A DNA stretch of 64,000 nucleotides from Octopus sinensis. Taxonomy: Eukaryota. Under the pieces are notes generated by a model. It was not told the origin of the DNA. It searched no databases and saw only the letters and a program-made list of their open reading frames with translations. The translations under genes were made by a program, and so were the position numbers. Positions 1 to 12,105 of the stretch are shown in pieces (position 1 is the first letter of the stretch; every line of letters begins with the position of its first letter). The stretch lies in contig NC_043013.1 in the NCBI RefSeq assembly GCF_006345805.1, forward strand, positions 22,010,001 through 22,074,000, given 5' to 3'.

Positions 1-600
1 TACATTTTTCCACAGACCGTCCCTTTGACTGAGCTGCAAACCTGGATTAAGCGTAGACCGAAGAGGGGGTGCTTGTCTACGCCCTCCGCCAGGTGAACAA
101 TGAGGTCGGTGTAGTTCCATTCTAGCGTTCTATAGAGGGCTAGTGGAAGGATATCGCGACGACGTTCTCGGGGAAACTCTAGGTGTCGATGAAGATCAAC
201 GAAATGGTCTGTTTCGAAGAACTTTCTGGCCTAGGCCTATGAATAAGCTCGAGAAATCCCTTGCCTGGCAGTGCCACCGAGGGGCGCTGACTGTTTGAGA
301 TAAACTTTACAGGTACGGAAGTGCCGTCAGCCAGGCCTGCTCGAGGTGTGCCCAGAACGATGAAACCGTTCTACACGCCCTCGTCCAGTGACCGAATATT
401 GCTGACCTCTGTGGGTTTATGTCGAACACCTGCTGTCACGTGTTGGACGGATACGGCTATCAGCTGAATCCATAGTGAGGATTACCCCGCCGCCCTCCTT
501 TGGCTGGGAGGAGCAGGCAATTTTTATTTGTTTAGTGGATGTAGCGAAATCGGTAGTATGGTGGACTCGTCTGAAATGGCTAAAGTCAGAGACTTTCCTC
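1..600 (+). mobile_element. L1/Tx1-clade LINE ORF2 C-terminal remnant (CCHC zinc finger), with stop codons
   Basis: Frame from 239 reads MNKLEKSLAWQCHRGALTV*DKLYRYGSAVSQACSRCAQNDETVLHALVQ*P (CxxC...ET..H...C). The downstream frame reads LVDVAKSVVWWTRLK. Both are typical of the L1/Tx1 ORF2 C-terminus. Confidence 0.75.
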
Positions 601-634
601 TTTGTTGTTGTTTTTGTTGTTGTTGTTGTCGTTG

Positions 635-702
<68 letters not shown>

Positions 703-725
703 TTCATTATATTTATTATTATTAT
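601..725. repeat. (TTG)n/(ATT)n microsatellite
   Basis: Direct reading; it is the source of the poly-I and poly-Y ORFs. Confidence 0.97.
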
Positions 726-866
726 CCTCTCTTAAAGAGTAGAAAATATATCTGTTATTTCTCATTATTCAAAAATAATAACACTGTACAACGTGAAATA
801 GTCTCACCTCCATTACGAAAAACTACAAAAGACAACGTTGATTTATTTACCTTCTTATTCTTACAG

Positions 867-1097
867 GAATATGTCCTTTAGATTTTATTGACAAAGCCGC
901 TATACCTTCTAACTATGATTTGGGTTTCTTTTCTGGTTCCAATTATACGCAATGTCTGCTCAATTGCGAAGCAATACCAACTTGCCAATCGTTTGACTAT
1001 AACTTTAATTACAAACGATGCTTGTTGTTATCTAAAGATCATACAACTGCTCAATTGAATTTTTACACAGATTGGACTTACACCGAAATAAACAGAG
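867..1097 (+). CDS. PAN/Apple-domain internal exon, unit A (231 nt, phase 1-1): (G)ICPLDFIDKAAIPSNYDLGFFSGSNYTQCLLNCEAIPTCQSFDYNFNYKRCLLLSKDHTTAQLNFYTDWTYTEINR
   Basis: Acceptor is cttcttattcttacag|GA and donor is AGAG|gtaagg. Length is a multiple of 3 with no stops. It has the PAN pattern C-x3-C-x5-C-x-S-F-x-Y...C-x-L and an NYT sequon. Its paralog is at 33901. Confidence 0.9.
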
Positions 1098-1288
1098 GTA
1101 AGGGCGTCATTTTCTTGTTTTTATTTATTTTTTTGTTGTTGGAATTATACACAGTCAGTTGGACAAGACTTAGGCACCACCTTCAAAAATGTGTTAGTCT
1201 GTTATATTGAGGTTGCGACTTTGATTTACTTGGCTCTATCGATTGGCTAAGTCCAATGTCATATAAAGGTATGGACTCAATAACTAAT

Positions 1289-1289
<1 letters not shown>

Positions 1290-1384
<95 letters not shown>

Positions 1385-1511
1385 CAGACTGACAGGAAGA
1401 TAGACAGACTGACAGGCAGATAGACAGACTGACAGGCAGATAGACAGACAGACAGACAGGTAGACAGACAAGTAGACAGACAGATGGCTAGATAGATAGA
1501 CAGATAGATAA

Positions 1512-1578
<67 letters not shown>

Positions 1579-1625
1579 CATACATACATACATACATACA
1601 TACATACATACATGCACACGCATAC
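1290..1625. repeat. (GATA)n/(GACA)n/(CATA)n compound microsatellite
   Basis: Direct reading. Confidence 0.97.
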
Positions 1626-1639
1626 ACTCATACGTACAG

Positions 1640-2305
1640 ATAAATACTAATACTTGATGAGCAATAGGAACATAGATAGCACCAAACCTCCATACTGTGA
1701 TGGAAAATGTCGGCTCTGCTATACCAGTGTGGAAGATGTCACCCACATCATCAGTAGTTGCGACAAAATGCCTACGAGATTCTATCTGCCCCTGAGGCAT
1801 GATATAGTTGCGAAGACTATTTACAATGCAATGCTACCCATAGGAAGGACTGCTCGGACGTATAGATCAAAGCCATGTTAGAACCATCAAGTAATCAGAT
1901 CATATGAAAGCAAGGAATACTGTTGGAACTCTCACCACCAAAAACAAAGAACAATTGGTGCAGAGATAGAAGACCTGATATTGTTCTTTGGCACAGGGAA
2001 AAAAAGCTATGCATTGTTGTAGGGGTAAACTACCCAGCGGGTGTGAATGTACAATCAAAAGTTTTAGTAAAATAGAACATTTAAGAAAAACTTACAGGTC
2101 TTGTACCCTGACCATAAAGTCTCGTTTGCACCTTTCATCAGAAGTGCTTTAGATTATGTACCAACAAATATGCACATTTGCAGAAAAACCTATAAATACT
2201 CGGTTTCACAGAGAAAGAGCAAAAGAAAAACTGACGCGGATTGTCCAAATCCAATCTTTTAGTGGCACAGTGAAGATTTGTAAAACATTCCCAAAATACT
2301 CCATC
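1640..2305 (+). mobile_element. R4/Dong-clade LINE 3' fragment (zinc knuckle plus restriction-like endonuclease), decayed
   Basis: Translates to [32 protein letters not shown], then RRPDIVLW, and ends in VKICKTF. Confidence 0.85.
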
Positions 2306-2399
2306 TGTGGTTCTTATGTCAATAGATGCATACGATTGAGTGTATGCATCGACAGTGCCACCAACACACCAACTCAACCACATATTTGCAATCACCGGG

Positions 2400-3165
2400 A
2401 ACTCACTCATCTCAAAAACTCTTGTCGCTTTCTTACCGAGTGTATGATTATTGCATTCAGATGGCAGGAATTTTCTCCAATTGGCTTCTTGTGTTGAAAG
2501 ACAATTTGAAACAGCGAAGTGTGTACAGACACAAAAGTATGCTTCAAACTGCTGACAGACCAATTCTTTCAATAGAACCTGTCTTGAGGTCCAAGAACCA
2601 AGTCAGATGTTGTGCCTGGGGAGACGCTGTTTCCTTTACGACCCTGTCTCTTTGAATTATCATCAAAACCCAGCAGCAACCGGGGTTCTTTATTGAAGAG
2701 TGGTGGATTGAAACGATCTTGAGCCAGACTTTTCTAGAGAAAAGGAATTCATCACCTTTAAGGGACTGCATGAATCCCTCAACAGTGATGATGTTGGCTG
2801 CAAAGAAAGTCATTTGGAAAGCAATTTTATATTTACTGATGTAACAATTTTCAGTGTCGATGATGCCTACCTTTGTGTGTTTCACAACATTTTGTATATT
2901 CCACCCTAGGCTGTTTTTCCCTGCTTCGATACAGTCCTTGCAACTGGCAATTGATGAAGCCACTCCCATCCTTTCTTCTGGACAAGTGTCAGTCTTAGTA
3001 TGGAAAGCTCCGTGCACGGTCAAAATGTTTCTGGTCTTGGTATTCTTCATTTCTCTCTTTTGCCATTTTATAATTCCCACTCCATACCGAAGTGATGCTA
3101 TCGCCCACGTATCGACTGCTTGGATTTTCTTATATCCAGTCAACCTCAGTCGTCTGAAATACTAG
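2400..3165 (-). mobile_element. R4/Dong LINE fragment (RT thumb region), decayed
   Basis: ORF 2544-3143 contains WAIASLRYGVGIIKW...TRNILTVHGAFHTK, homologous to the thumb region of the 29128 ORF. Confidence 0.8.
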
Positions 3166-3819
3166 GGCCCTAGTCTGTCTATGAAGATAGCTTCCTCATA
3201 GACAGACTAGGACCCCAAATTTACAACATGCTGCATATTTTCAGCCAGTATATAATTCAGCTACATCGGGATGTGTGTAAGTTCATTTCTGGTAACATGC
3301 TTAGGTATTATAAAAAAAATATGCACGTACAATACATAACTTAGAAGCAGCGCTGCGGATATGCCAACACACCCGAGCTCGAGACAGGGCCGCCCTCACG
3401 CACTTCTCATGAGGAATTCCAGCAGGGGCTTCGTAAGACCACTGCAGAGACGCTTCCGAAAAATAAATTCAGTAAGCGTTGGGGGAAAACCGTTGATAGC
3501 AGTAACTCGATCAATTCCTAGCAATATCTGTAGAAGGAATTTTTATATTCCGAAATATTACTATATCAGACTATGATTAATTAATTTATAACAGTTATGA
3601 TAGTCCACTCTGCATTGTTCTGCCATTGAAGACACGTTATATTTCGCACTGTATATATTTGTAGGCCACTAAAATAGTCACACCAGATTGTTCCGTTATA
3701 AAGTCATGTGACGGAAAAAAGGAGAACAAAAACGGATAGAAAAAGGAAAAGATGTAAAATATAAGAGTAAACAAAAGAAAATTAGGGGCAAAAACAGGAA
3801 AGAACATTCACAGCGACTC

Positions 3820-4010
3820 TCCTCTTCTCAATACGTGTGACATGTCGGTTAATACAATCTGTTGATTTCCAGCATGAATGGTAAACTAGGGATCATTCTT
3901 AAAAAAACCTTCAGTTCAAGTGCTCCTACAACCACTGGTATTGTAACCGTCTTGAGATGCCATCTTTGCTCCTACTACTGTGTGGAATTATTAAATGTTG
4001 TTTAGTTTCC
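3820..4010 (-). mobile_element. R4/Dong LINE extreme C-terminal fragment
   Basis: The minus strand reads WHLKTVTIPVVVGAL...QQIVLTDMSHVLRR. Confidence 0.7.
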
Positions 4011-4669
4011 ACTTTTGTCTTGTACATGATATCATCATAAATATGTGAGGGCTGGATGCGATAGTAGGAGAAAGAGGAGCAGCTTGGTGGGGGGGATGTT
4101 TTTGAATTTTCCTTTGCTTTCTTTAGATTTTTCTGTGTTTTATAGTTTTCGTAATTGTGCAGTTTGTATATATTGGCAGGTGCTTCTCTCCTTAATTTTT
4201 TCGTACGTTTAATTTGTTGCTATAAAAGGTACGTTTACATAATTGAGTAGTCAGAGTGAAAAGAAGGGTAAAATTTTCACAGAAAATTGTAGATATAAAC
4301 ATTTTCTCAAGATGACCGTTTGTATGTCCGGCCAGAGCAAACTGTAGCGTTCTAACAATAAACAGAGTGTTTATATTTTTGAATATTCAGGGAGAAAGGA
4401 GAGTGTTAGTATTCACAGAAGTTGTAAATATTTTTAACATTTTTTAAAGATTTTAAAGATGATCGTTTGTGTGTTCGCCCAGAAAAAATTAAAGATATGT
4501 AAGTTTCTAGCCTTAAGGGGTGGTGGGGGAGATTTTAAAAGGCTCACAGGATATTGTAGCTGTTCCAATTACCAAAAGTTATATTTCAGTTGTTCTGCCG
4601 GGTTGTGTTAGTGTTTCTGTGTCTTCGGCTACTGACTGGTCAGTGCAGCCGCTGTCAAGGCTAGCACTC

Positions 4670-4795
<126 letters not shown>

Positions 4796-5719
4796 TTTGA
4801 TATTTTAGAAGGATTGACGAACCTCTTCACAAAGGTAAATAGACAATACGAAAAGCATTTCGTCCGGCGTGCTAACGATTCGGCTAGTCCGCCGTTTTAG
4901 CAATGCAGACAACATATTAAAATTAATTCCGATCTATTCTACACGCTTCTCTGAGCTCTTCCAGAAAAAAATCATTTTTTCCAACTCCAATGCGGACTAA
5001 TTATATTTGTAAGACATATACACCGGACTCCTTACCAAGAATCGAAACCTCGGTCTTCACGCTTGTTTATATTGTTCTCGCCATTTGTGTTTAGAATTCA
5101 TTCGTTTTACCTATTTAATTCGCCACCATTTTAGATGAGACAGGGTTTAATCTTGTTAATCCATTCCGGTCTATTGTCAATGGTCTAACTTGACTTTAGT
5201 ACTGCAATAAATTCGAGATACCAAGAGGAAAATATTCTCCTTCCTCTGCAACTTCCAAACAGTTAACTATGGCACCTTCTCGCGAGCTTTGCTCCATTTA
5301 CCCCCCTAAAGTTAGGGTTCACTATTAACAACTACCATGGTAATAGATTATCCATCAAAACTAACTAAATTTCGTGTTTACTTCCCACTCGTCGCAGTTG
5401 CGTAACCGCGTAAGTAAAATCTACAGTAAGTGTGAAATACCTTTCAGCAGTTCTTTGCAGTGCATCCAGAAATATTATCTAAGCAATGCACAGTCTTTCG
5501 CCAACTTGTCACATCTCTATGTGTTACAAACAACTTGCTACATCGTGCCTGTTACGCCTTTCCCGTTACAATTATACCGTTATACATATAAAGACATGTT
5601 TGAAGTACATTTCGAAAGTAGCTAGGATCTTTATAAACGTCTGTCCCTTCATATCTGAGGCCTTGTATTATTACTAGAAATAACTGATAGTAAATAAAAC
5701 TCAACATATATTAAAGAAG

Positions 5720-6390
5720 TAATGATTTCTTATATAAAATCGTCTTATATATAAATAGGGAAGTCGATTGTATTAAGGAGATTAGAATTTCTTGATTAAT
5801 ATTAAAGAAATCACGGAAGATATTAAACTCTTCAGAAGAATAAGAAACTATTTTTATTCCATTTCAGAACTTTGGAACGATTTCAATCAGTCAAATACAC
5901 TGGACAAGATTAACTCTGTCGGGTGTGGTATAAGAGTTTTCGACTCTTATTATTTCGTTGACAGTAAGACCTATTTTTGCTTATTTTTTTGTGTGCTTTT
6001 TTTTCTTTTTCTTGTTTCTCATCTTTAATTCATTGATCTTCTGTCTCCAGTTCTTGTCGAAAAAATAAGAGAAATTAATGTCGCTCTCTTCTTCATCGCA
6101 TTATTTCTTCTACTTAGAGTCCTAATTCTTAGTTAAATATATTAGCAGTAAATTTATAATTCCTCTCCCCGAGATACCCAGCCACATGCCCCTTCTCCTT
6201 CTCCCGTCATACATGCTATTACACCAACCAGATCACATCCCGCATCAATTATTATCCCCAATCCTTCCTTTCTAGATTTTACAACACTCAGGAACTCACT
6301 CCCTACTCTCACTACCCTAAAGATGTCCAAACGGAACATTAATAAAATCGATCTATCGAATCAATAGTCCATATCCATTCGTTTCCCTTG
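5720..6390. mobile_element. Old L2/CR1-group LINE remnants inside the duplicated block (RT on minus at about 5720-5990; ORF2 C-terminus on plus at about 6150-6390)
   Basis: Minus strand reads KIGLTVNE...IEIVPKF*NGIKI...NINQ...LFIYKT. Plus strand reads INYYPQSFLSR and NSLP...KRNINKIDL, resembling the end of an L2/CR1 ORF2. The same remnants occur at about 36930-37750. Confidence 0.5.
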
Positions 6391-6469
6391 ATCCTTCCAA
6401 TCAAGAGAAATAGTTTCATTTATGTTGTTATATTTCTTGTGTTTTCTCTTGCTTTTTTTTCTATTGCAG

Positions 6470-6661
6470 AAAAAGAAATTAATGATTTGACAGCTTATTC
6501 AACTTTTTTCCTTCAAACAAAATCCATATCACAACCTTATTGCCGAGGCCCAAATGCATGCTCACTCGGTTCTGGATTGTTCCCGTTTATGTTTGATATC
6601 TTCTACATGTACCGCCTTTTCATATACTAACACTAAGTGCCTACTAAAGAAACTGATCTGA
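6470..6661 (+). pseudogene. Terminal PAN/Apple exon, unit A, with +1 T frameshift at 6504-6509 (pseudogenised or assembly error). Corrected: EKEINDLTAYSTFSFKQNPYHNLIAEAQMHAHSVLDCSRLCLISSTCTAFSYTNTKCLLKKLI*
   Basis: Acceptor is gcttttttttctattgcag|AA, phase 1, compatible with the donor at 1097. The exon is colinear with the intact exon at 37836 except for one extra base in a T6 run. TGA is at 6659-6661. Confidence 0.8.
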
Positions 6662-6776
6662 ACTTTAATGGAATTCACCCCAAAAGTACTTACTTGTCCA
6701 TGAAATGTGAGCAAGTCTTCAACGGATCACGTTTGCTAATAATAATTATATAAGATACAATGTGTATTTCTTTGTG

Positions 6777-6782
6777 AATAAA
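6777..6782 (+). terminator. Polyadenylation signal AATAAA, unit A
   Basis: It lies about 115 nt after the stop, is followed by T-rich sequence, and is conserved at the same position in unit B. Confidence 0.6.
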
Positions 6783-7269
6783 ATCAATTTAATTCAGTTA
6801 TTTCTTTTGTTGATTAATTTTAATTGCTAACGTTTTTCGTTCCAAATTAGTCTTCTCTTAGAACATGATTGCTAATTTGAGTTTTAGCTCTGGTCTCTCG
6901 GAAACTATTTAAGCTGGCTGATCTAAACAGCTTTTATTCAGGATTATAAAGCGAAATTAAAATAAGAATCTTTTCTTTTTCTCTTTGGACGAAATTTTGT
7001 GTTTCAGCAACTTATAAGTACAGGTTAAACGAAGAATAGGTTAAACCAAAACACGAAATCAATTATACGGAAAAACGAAATCTAATAGAAATTTGATCGT
7101 AAACTCAGAAGCCCCACGAGTTCTTTCAGGTTATCAAAAAGTTAAAATAGTTTTTTGCCGTGAAAAACATAAATTGCAATGCTGACCATACATGTCGTAA
7201 AATGTTCCTTTTGTTTTCATTTGTTTAGTTTTAGATTAATATTGGATTCTTTGTTTATAGTTTCTTGAA

Positions 7270-7500
7270 GAGGAGAGGTGGCGGTGGACATTGCGTTTGC
7301 AGGTCTTTATGGATTGGTGAGATCGATACGGTTAATGCTTAGTTTGAAGATTTGTGTGTTGACATCTGTTGGGAAAATTGGATCAGGGATTGCATTTCAG
7401 GCGATTAATGTTCTGGAGCAGTGGAGACCCAATCGCTGTGTTGTAGCCCAGTCAGCATTAGTTTTTTAAAAGCACGGGCAAAATACGAACTCCTCGAAAG
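7270..7500 (-). mobile_element. L2/CR1-group LINE 3' end remnant
   Basis: The minus strand reads CSRTLIA*NAIPDPIFPTDVNTQIFKLSINRIDL. Confidence 0.55.
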
Positions 7501-8199
7501 TGATTCTCTTTTCGTTGTTGTGTCGCAAAACGAAGGAAGATGTCTTTAAAATTCAGGTTTTCATCACACCATTTATTCATTATACTTGGGCATGAATTGT
7601 CCGGTTTATTGTCTACCACGGAAATCGCCTGATAAGACTTTATCCTCTACAGATTGAGAAAGTATTCATTCATAGACTGCCGTGTGCTTACAGGCAGTGT
7701 TACGTCTTCTTGCAGCAGTTCGATCAGTTCAATCGAGGAATCCGTAGAGAGATTCAAAATCTCAAGTAAATCGGTCAAATTGATCAAGATGTGTCACTTC
7801 CACCCGATGAGTCGCTTTGCAGGGTGGCATTCAGACTACACCAGGGCCTCTAAATTCAGTTGAAATGTATCTGCTATGAATTTGAAACAAACAATGTTCA
7901 GAAACTGGAGCATTTACGGATTGAGATAAGAGAGGTTTATCATGATATCACCATTTTATGCCGAAAATTGGTGTCGGAACTCTAAGCAAATCTGGTTCAA
8001 TATAGGGATGACGGTCTCACGGTGAAAATTGATGAAAGGTGCTCTATTAATTTTCAGCCGACTTTCAACATTCTCACTGACCGATGAGACCCTCCTGCTG
8101 TGGAGATTTTTCCCCGTAGATTAGGTATCTACCGAGTCAGTGGGTTGATCTTAATAATTTCACTGATGTGTTACTCAATCGGAGACTACAAGACTTTCT

Positions 8200-8766
8200 T
8201 TTCGTTTGATATGAAGATGTTTAACTGGATATCATTCCCGTTACTGTAGTCACAGCAGTGAAGATTTGTAATATTTTTGCTAAAGACTTGATTCGTATTA
8301 AAACTTGTTTAGAGGAGACGAAAGCGTAAACTTTCATAGACAAAGTAATAGAAGAACGTGTCTTTAATTTGCCTCTCCCATGACTTGATAACCTCACTGA
8401 AATGAGGGAGGATGTCCATAATAAAGGAAAGCTCATAATGAACAACATTGCACAGTCCCTGCTGACAGACCCATCGTGTATAGGAGAAAATTTTCTTCTC
8501 TGCTGGTTGTCCTCGTTTTTCTTCCTGTAAGCACTTGTTGTACTGAGGCAGTCTGAATCGATCCATAAACAGGTAAAGTTGCTTTTGTATGACGAAAGAT
8601 TCCCCGATAGCCTATACATTTTTGATAAGAAGTTATCTACATCTAGGTTCAGTTGGTGGAAGCTGACACAAGTTGCAGATGGGGCTGCGACAAGCAATTT
8701 CGCTTGAACACCAGCGATTCCTCCGCTCATGACAGTGGCACCATCATAATTATTTGTGAACATCAA
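8200..8766 (-). mobile_element. hAT-superfamily transposase fragment (ZMYM1-like), cut by the adjacent mariner
   Basis: YDGATVMSGGIAGVQAKLLVAAPSATCVSFHQLNL matches the hAT YDGA..MSG...GVQ...CxxH.LNL motif. TRWV appears downstream in another frame. Confidence 0.8.
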
Positions 8767-8768
8767 TA

Positions 8769-9590
8769 CGAAGGGTACCCAAAAGTAAACGGAACGTTGT
8801 CTGTGGGACGTACCCGCTATAGTTTAGGCTTCTACGGCTAGAAGCAACTTGATGCGCCCCTCGAGCATCCTCCTGCCGACTGGTGCCGTTGTCAAGAGTC
8901 GTACTGTCACGTGGTGCGATGGATGAAACGAAGGGACAGCGTGCTTCCGAGACATTCTGTTTTTTGCTGGGGGAAACCGGCGGCCGAAACAGTTGCCATG
9001 CTTCGAACAGCTTACAAGGACGCTGCTATGAGCAAAACACAATTTTATGAGTAGGTTTTCACGCTTTAGGAACGGTAACTTGTCGCATGAAGACCAACCT
9101 CGTTCTTGGCCACTGTCGACCTCCTGAACGAATGAAAACATGAATTGTCCGCACAGTATTGGTTTCTCCTGGTCAAACTGTTGACCAGACATTTTGCTTG
9201 GCAGTTCCGAGACATTTGCGAGACACGGCGAGACGAAAACGTCCCGACTAGTGGCAGAGTGGTGTGTTGTGGTTTCATCACGACAAAGAAATTTCGTACT
9301 CCGCCTTCAGTGTGAGACAGTTTTTGACCAAAAATAACATGACCTCGTTTACCTACCCTCCATATTCACCCGATCTTGCTCCCTGTAATAATTTTTTGTT
9401 ACCCCGAAAGAAAAAAGTCCTTAAAGAAAAATGTTTTGCAAATGTGAAGGATTTGAAGAAAAAAAAACGACGGAGACGATAAAAGACATCACGAATTGCA
9501 GGACTGCTTCGAATAGTGGAAAACACGTCTGGACCGGAGCATTAAATTCAGAAGTTACTCAATATCCAAAGAGTTCTTCACAGATAATAT
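8769..9590 (+). mobile_element. Internally deleted mariner element
   Basis: It starts TA|CGAAGGGTACCCAAAAGTAAACGG, a mariner-type TIR. The N-terminus reads GKPAAETVAMLRTAYKDAAMSKTQFYE and the C-terminus reads LWFHHD...FLTKNNMTSFTYPPYSPDLAPC. The right TIR was not found. Confidence 0.85.
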
Positions 9591-10083
9591 TCTCAAATAA
9601 TCGGTGTAGAAGGCCTTAGAGCAGTTTAATTTTCAAAATGACTATTATTTCATGCAAAATTAATGTAAATTTTAAGAATTAGTCGAGTCTTAAGCTAGTA
9701 ATTCTTAGATTACTGATGCCAGAATATAGAGAAACCTTTTGTACAAAATATAATGTCACGTGACACTAACGCACGGACGTAGCAGGAAATGTAGAAACTT
9801 AATCACGTGTTCATTCTCTTCAAACACTTGACAGAAAACATTCAAAGCATTGATCATTTGGACATGTTCAATCAACCGTGTCAGCCTTAACTTACGGTGC
9901 CAAACATTGTCACTTGATCCCAACACACACACGTAGCGGGGAACCTAAAAAAATTTCTAAGATATACATATATCCGTTTCTAAGACCAGTCATGTGACTA
10001 TCCTCTATCAATCAAATCCGATTCAAAACGTATACTATTTTGAGTCATGAACTCGCCTTTAAAACTAGAACAAGCTTCAAACT

Positions 10084-11070
10084 CTAGTCAGTAGCGAAAC
10101 GGCTGTAGCATATGCCACATCTTTCTGTTTCGACTTTCTCATGACTGACTCTAGGGCAACGTGTTTTATATATTCTGGTACGGGCAATAATTAGAGATAT
10201 AAATCTGAACTTGTAATCGGGGTAGAGTAACAGTATATTTCTCAATAATTCATCATTGGTATTCTCTTTTTCGCTGATCTTTATGTTAACATCCGCTGAA
10301 CAGCTAATTTCCACAACTGTATACAGTTTCTCTTTCCCATCACAAATCACTATGTCAGTCCCATTATGCTTAAATTTTATTGAGGTTTTCACTGGGACAT
10401 TCCATCAGTACTCCTTATTATGAGTGGCTATGGCCTCTACCAAACTGTGGATTATTATTTCTTTGGTTATTCAGGGTTATCCTTCCGACGGATCTTGTTA
10501 ATCACATCATATCACATCGGTTGATAATACCGCGATGACATCTTCGAACAACTGCTTATGATGTGGGTGACAGCATGGTGTTAACTTCAGAAAGTCTGCA
10601 TCGGTTATCATATTTTGGTATTTTACCCGCGTCTTGGAACCTTTTTTGCATCAAGTATTTTTTTGATGCTTCCTATTCTTGGATTGCAAAAGCATAGCGG
10701 TCAGTGAGAGTTTGTAGTCCGGTCGTTGGTCCATGGCTTATTGCTTTTATGATCAATGTTAATATCATCCCGAAGCTTTCTGCTAACATATCCATGCATG
10801 ATCTTCTGCTGATATACGCTCATCCTTTCATTTGCTGATATGTTGTGGTAGAGTCGTGCGACATTTTTGGACATATATTCTAGATTATCAGACAAAGAGT
10901 GTTATCTGCCGCGTGTATGCAAATGTGGCCAAGTGATGCACTTCAATGTTTGGTGGTTAAAAGATGTCGCTGAAGGGATTTTAGTACGACATTCAAAGTC
11001 AGTCTGGATCGATGTTAAAAGTCTCTGCCGCCTTGTTTTCATTGTAGGTAGAGGTGGTCTCCGTTAGGTA
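10084..11070 (-). mobile_element. R4/Dong LINE 3' part (thumb, zinc knuckle, RLE), decayed
   Basis: Translates to [24 protein letters not shown] and KHNGTDIVICD...VVEISCSADVN. Confidence 0.8.
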
Positions 11071-11360
11071 GAGGTTAGCTGTCCTGCTTATGTGAATATC
11101 TCTTTGAAAATTAAAGAGAAAGAAGATAACTATGGACAACTGCTCCGAAACCTCCAACTTGTATATCCGGATTACAAATTTACATTTATCCCAATAATAA
11201 CGGGAGCACTTGATTTTCGAAAATAAATACTTATCTGTCAGTCTGGATAAGCTTAGATTTTCAGAAAAAGAAACCAACAGATTGATTGACACTTTACGAA
11301 TACAATCTATAAACGGAACAGCGAAACTATGCAAGACTTTTCTCAGGTTTAAAATGCGGC
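11070..11360 (+). mobile_element. R4/Dong LINE RLE C-terminus, opposite orientation to its neighbour
   Basis: Translates to VEVSCPAYVNISLKIKEKEDNYGQLLRNLQLVYPDYKFTFIPIITGAL and ends in AKLCKTFLRFK. Confidence 0.8.
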
Positions 11361-11457
11361 ATTGCTTTCGTTATCTACATTCCAACATGGAGCTTTGTCA
11401 ATTTGTTAGAAACAAGTTCCTTTTTCAGGGGATGAATTTAAATGATTAAATACAGAA

Positions 11458-11712
11458 AGGACATACATACACACATACGTACCTACATACATATATACAT
11501 ACATACATTCATTCATACATGCATACATACATGCATAATACATACATACATACATACATACATACATACATACATACATACAAGCATAAATACATGCATA
11601 CATACATACAAGCATACATACATACATACATACATACATACATACATACATACATACATACATACATACATACATACATGCATGCATGCATGCATGCATG
11701 CATGCATGCATG
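11458..11712. repeat. (CATA)n/(CATG)n microsatellite
   Basis: Direct reading. Confidence 0.97.
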
Positions 11713-11924
11713 AACTGGCAACAGCCGTTTGAACTGTATGACTGATTCTTATTTTATCGACTCTGCTGGGATAAATGATAAAATCGAGTTCGACCAAATT
11801 TGAAATGCAGACGTAGAGGAATGTGATAACGGGCATTAACTCATCGTTTTCTATCCATTCGCTGCCATTGTCACTAAGGTATATTGGTTTCAAATTGTGG
11901 CACAAGCCCAGCAATTTCGGAGGA

Positions 11925-12105
11925 GGAGGAGGTAAATCGACTACATGAATCCCCGTGTTCAACTGGGACTTATTTTTATCGATTCCCAAAAACGATAAAG
12001 GCCGAAGTCGACCTTGGTGGAATTTGAACTCAGAACGTAGAGACGAACGAAATGCCGCGAAGTATTTTGTCCATCACACTGCCGACTCTGCCAGCTCGTC
12101 ACCTT
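11925..12105 (-). mobile_element. SINE, same family as 61072-61300
   Basis: Shares gtcgaccttggtggaatttgaactcagaacgta and ctgccagctcg with the other copies at about 4855, 33710, 44430, 59690, 60800 and 61072. Confidence 0.8.

Larger units (their letters stand above)
5681..7135 (+). repeat. Duplicated block, copy A (intron end, terminal PAN exon, 3' UTR and flank); paralog at 36895-38865
   Basis: It aligns by eye from taactgatagtaaataaaac / taattgacagtaaataaaac through the exon and UTR, at roughly 85-90% identity (visual estimate). Identity falls towards the 3' end. Copy B carries extra segments at about 37360-37520 and 38223-38607. Confidence 0.95.

Noticed and set aside
5792-6028. Plus-strand ORF open in both duplicated copies (also 37001-37282), with an LRR-like look (LDKINSVGCGIRVFDSYYF) and a phase-1 donor GACA|gtaaga
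   Set aside because: The opposite strand reads as a decayed LINE RT (GLTVN...IEIVPKF.GIKI...IYKT), and the nearby KRNINKIDL matches an L2/CR1 ORF2 end. The acceptor is weak, and retention in both copies is explained by recent duplication. An HMM search or junction reads could overturn this.
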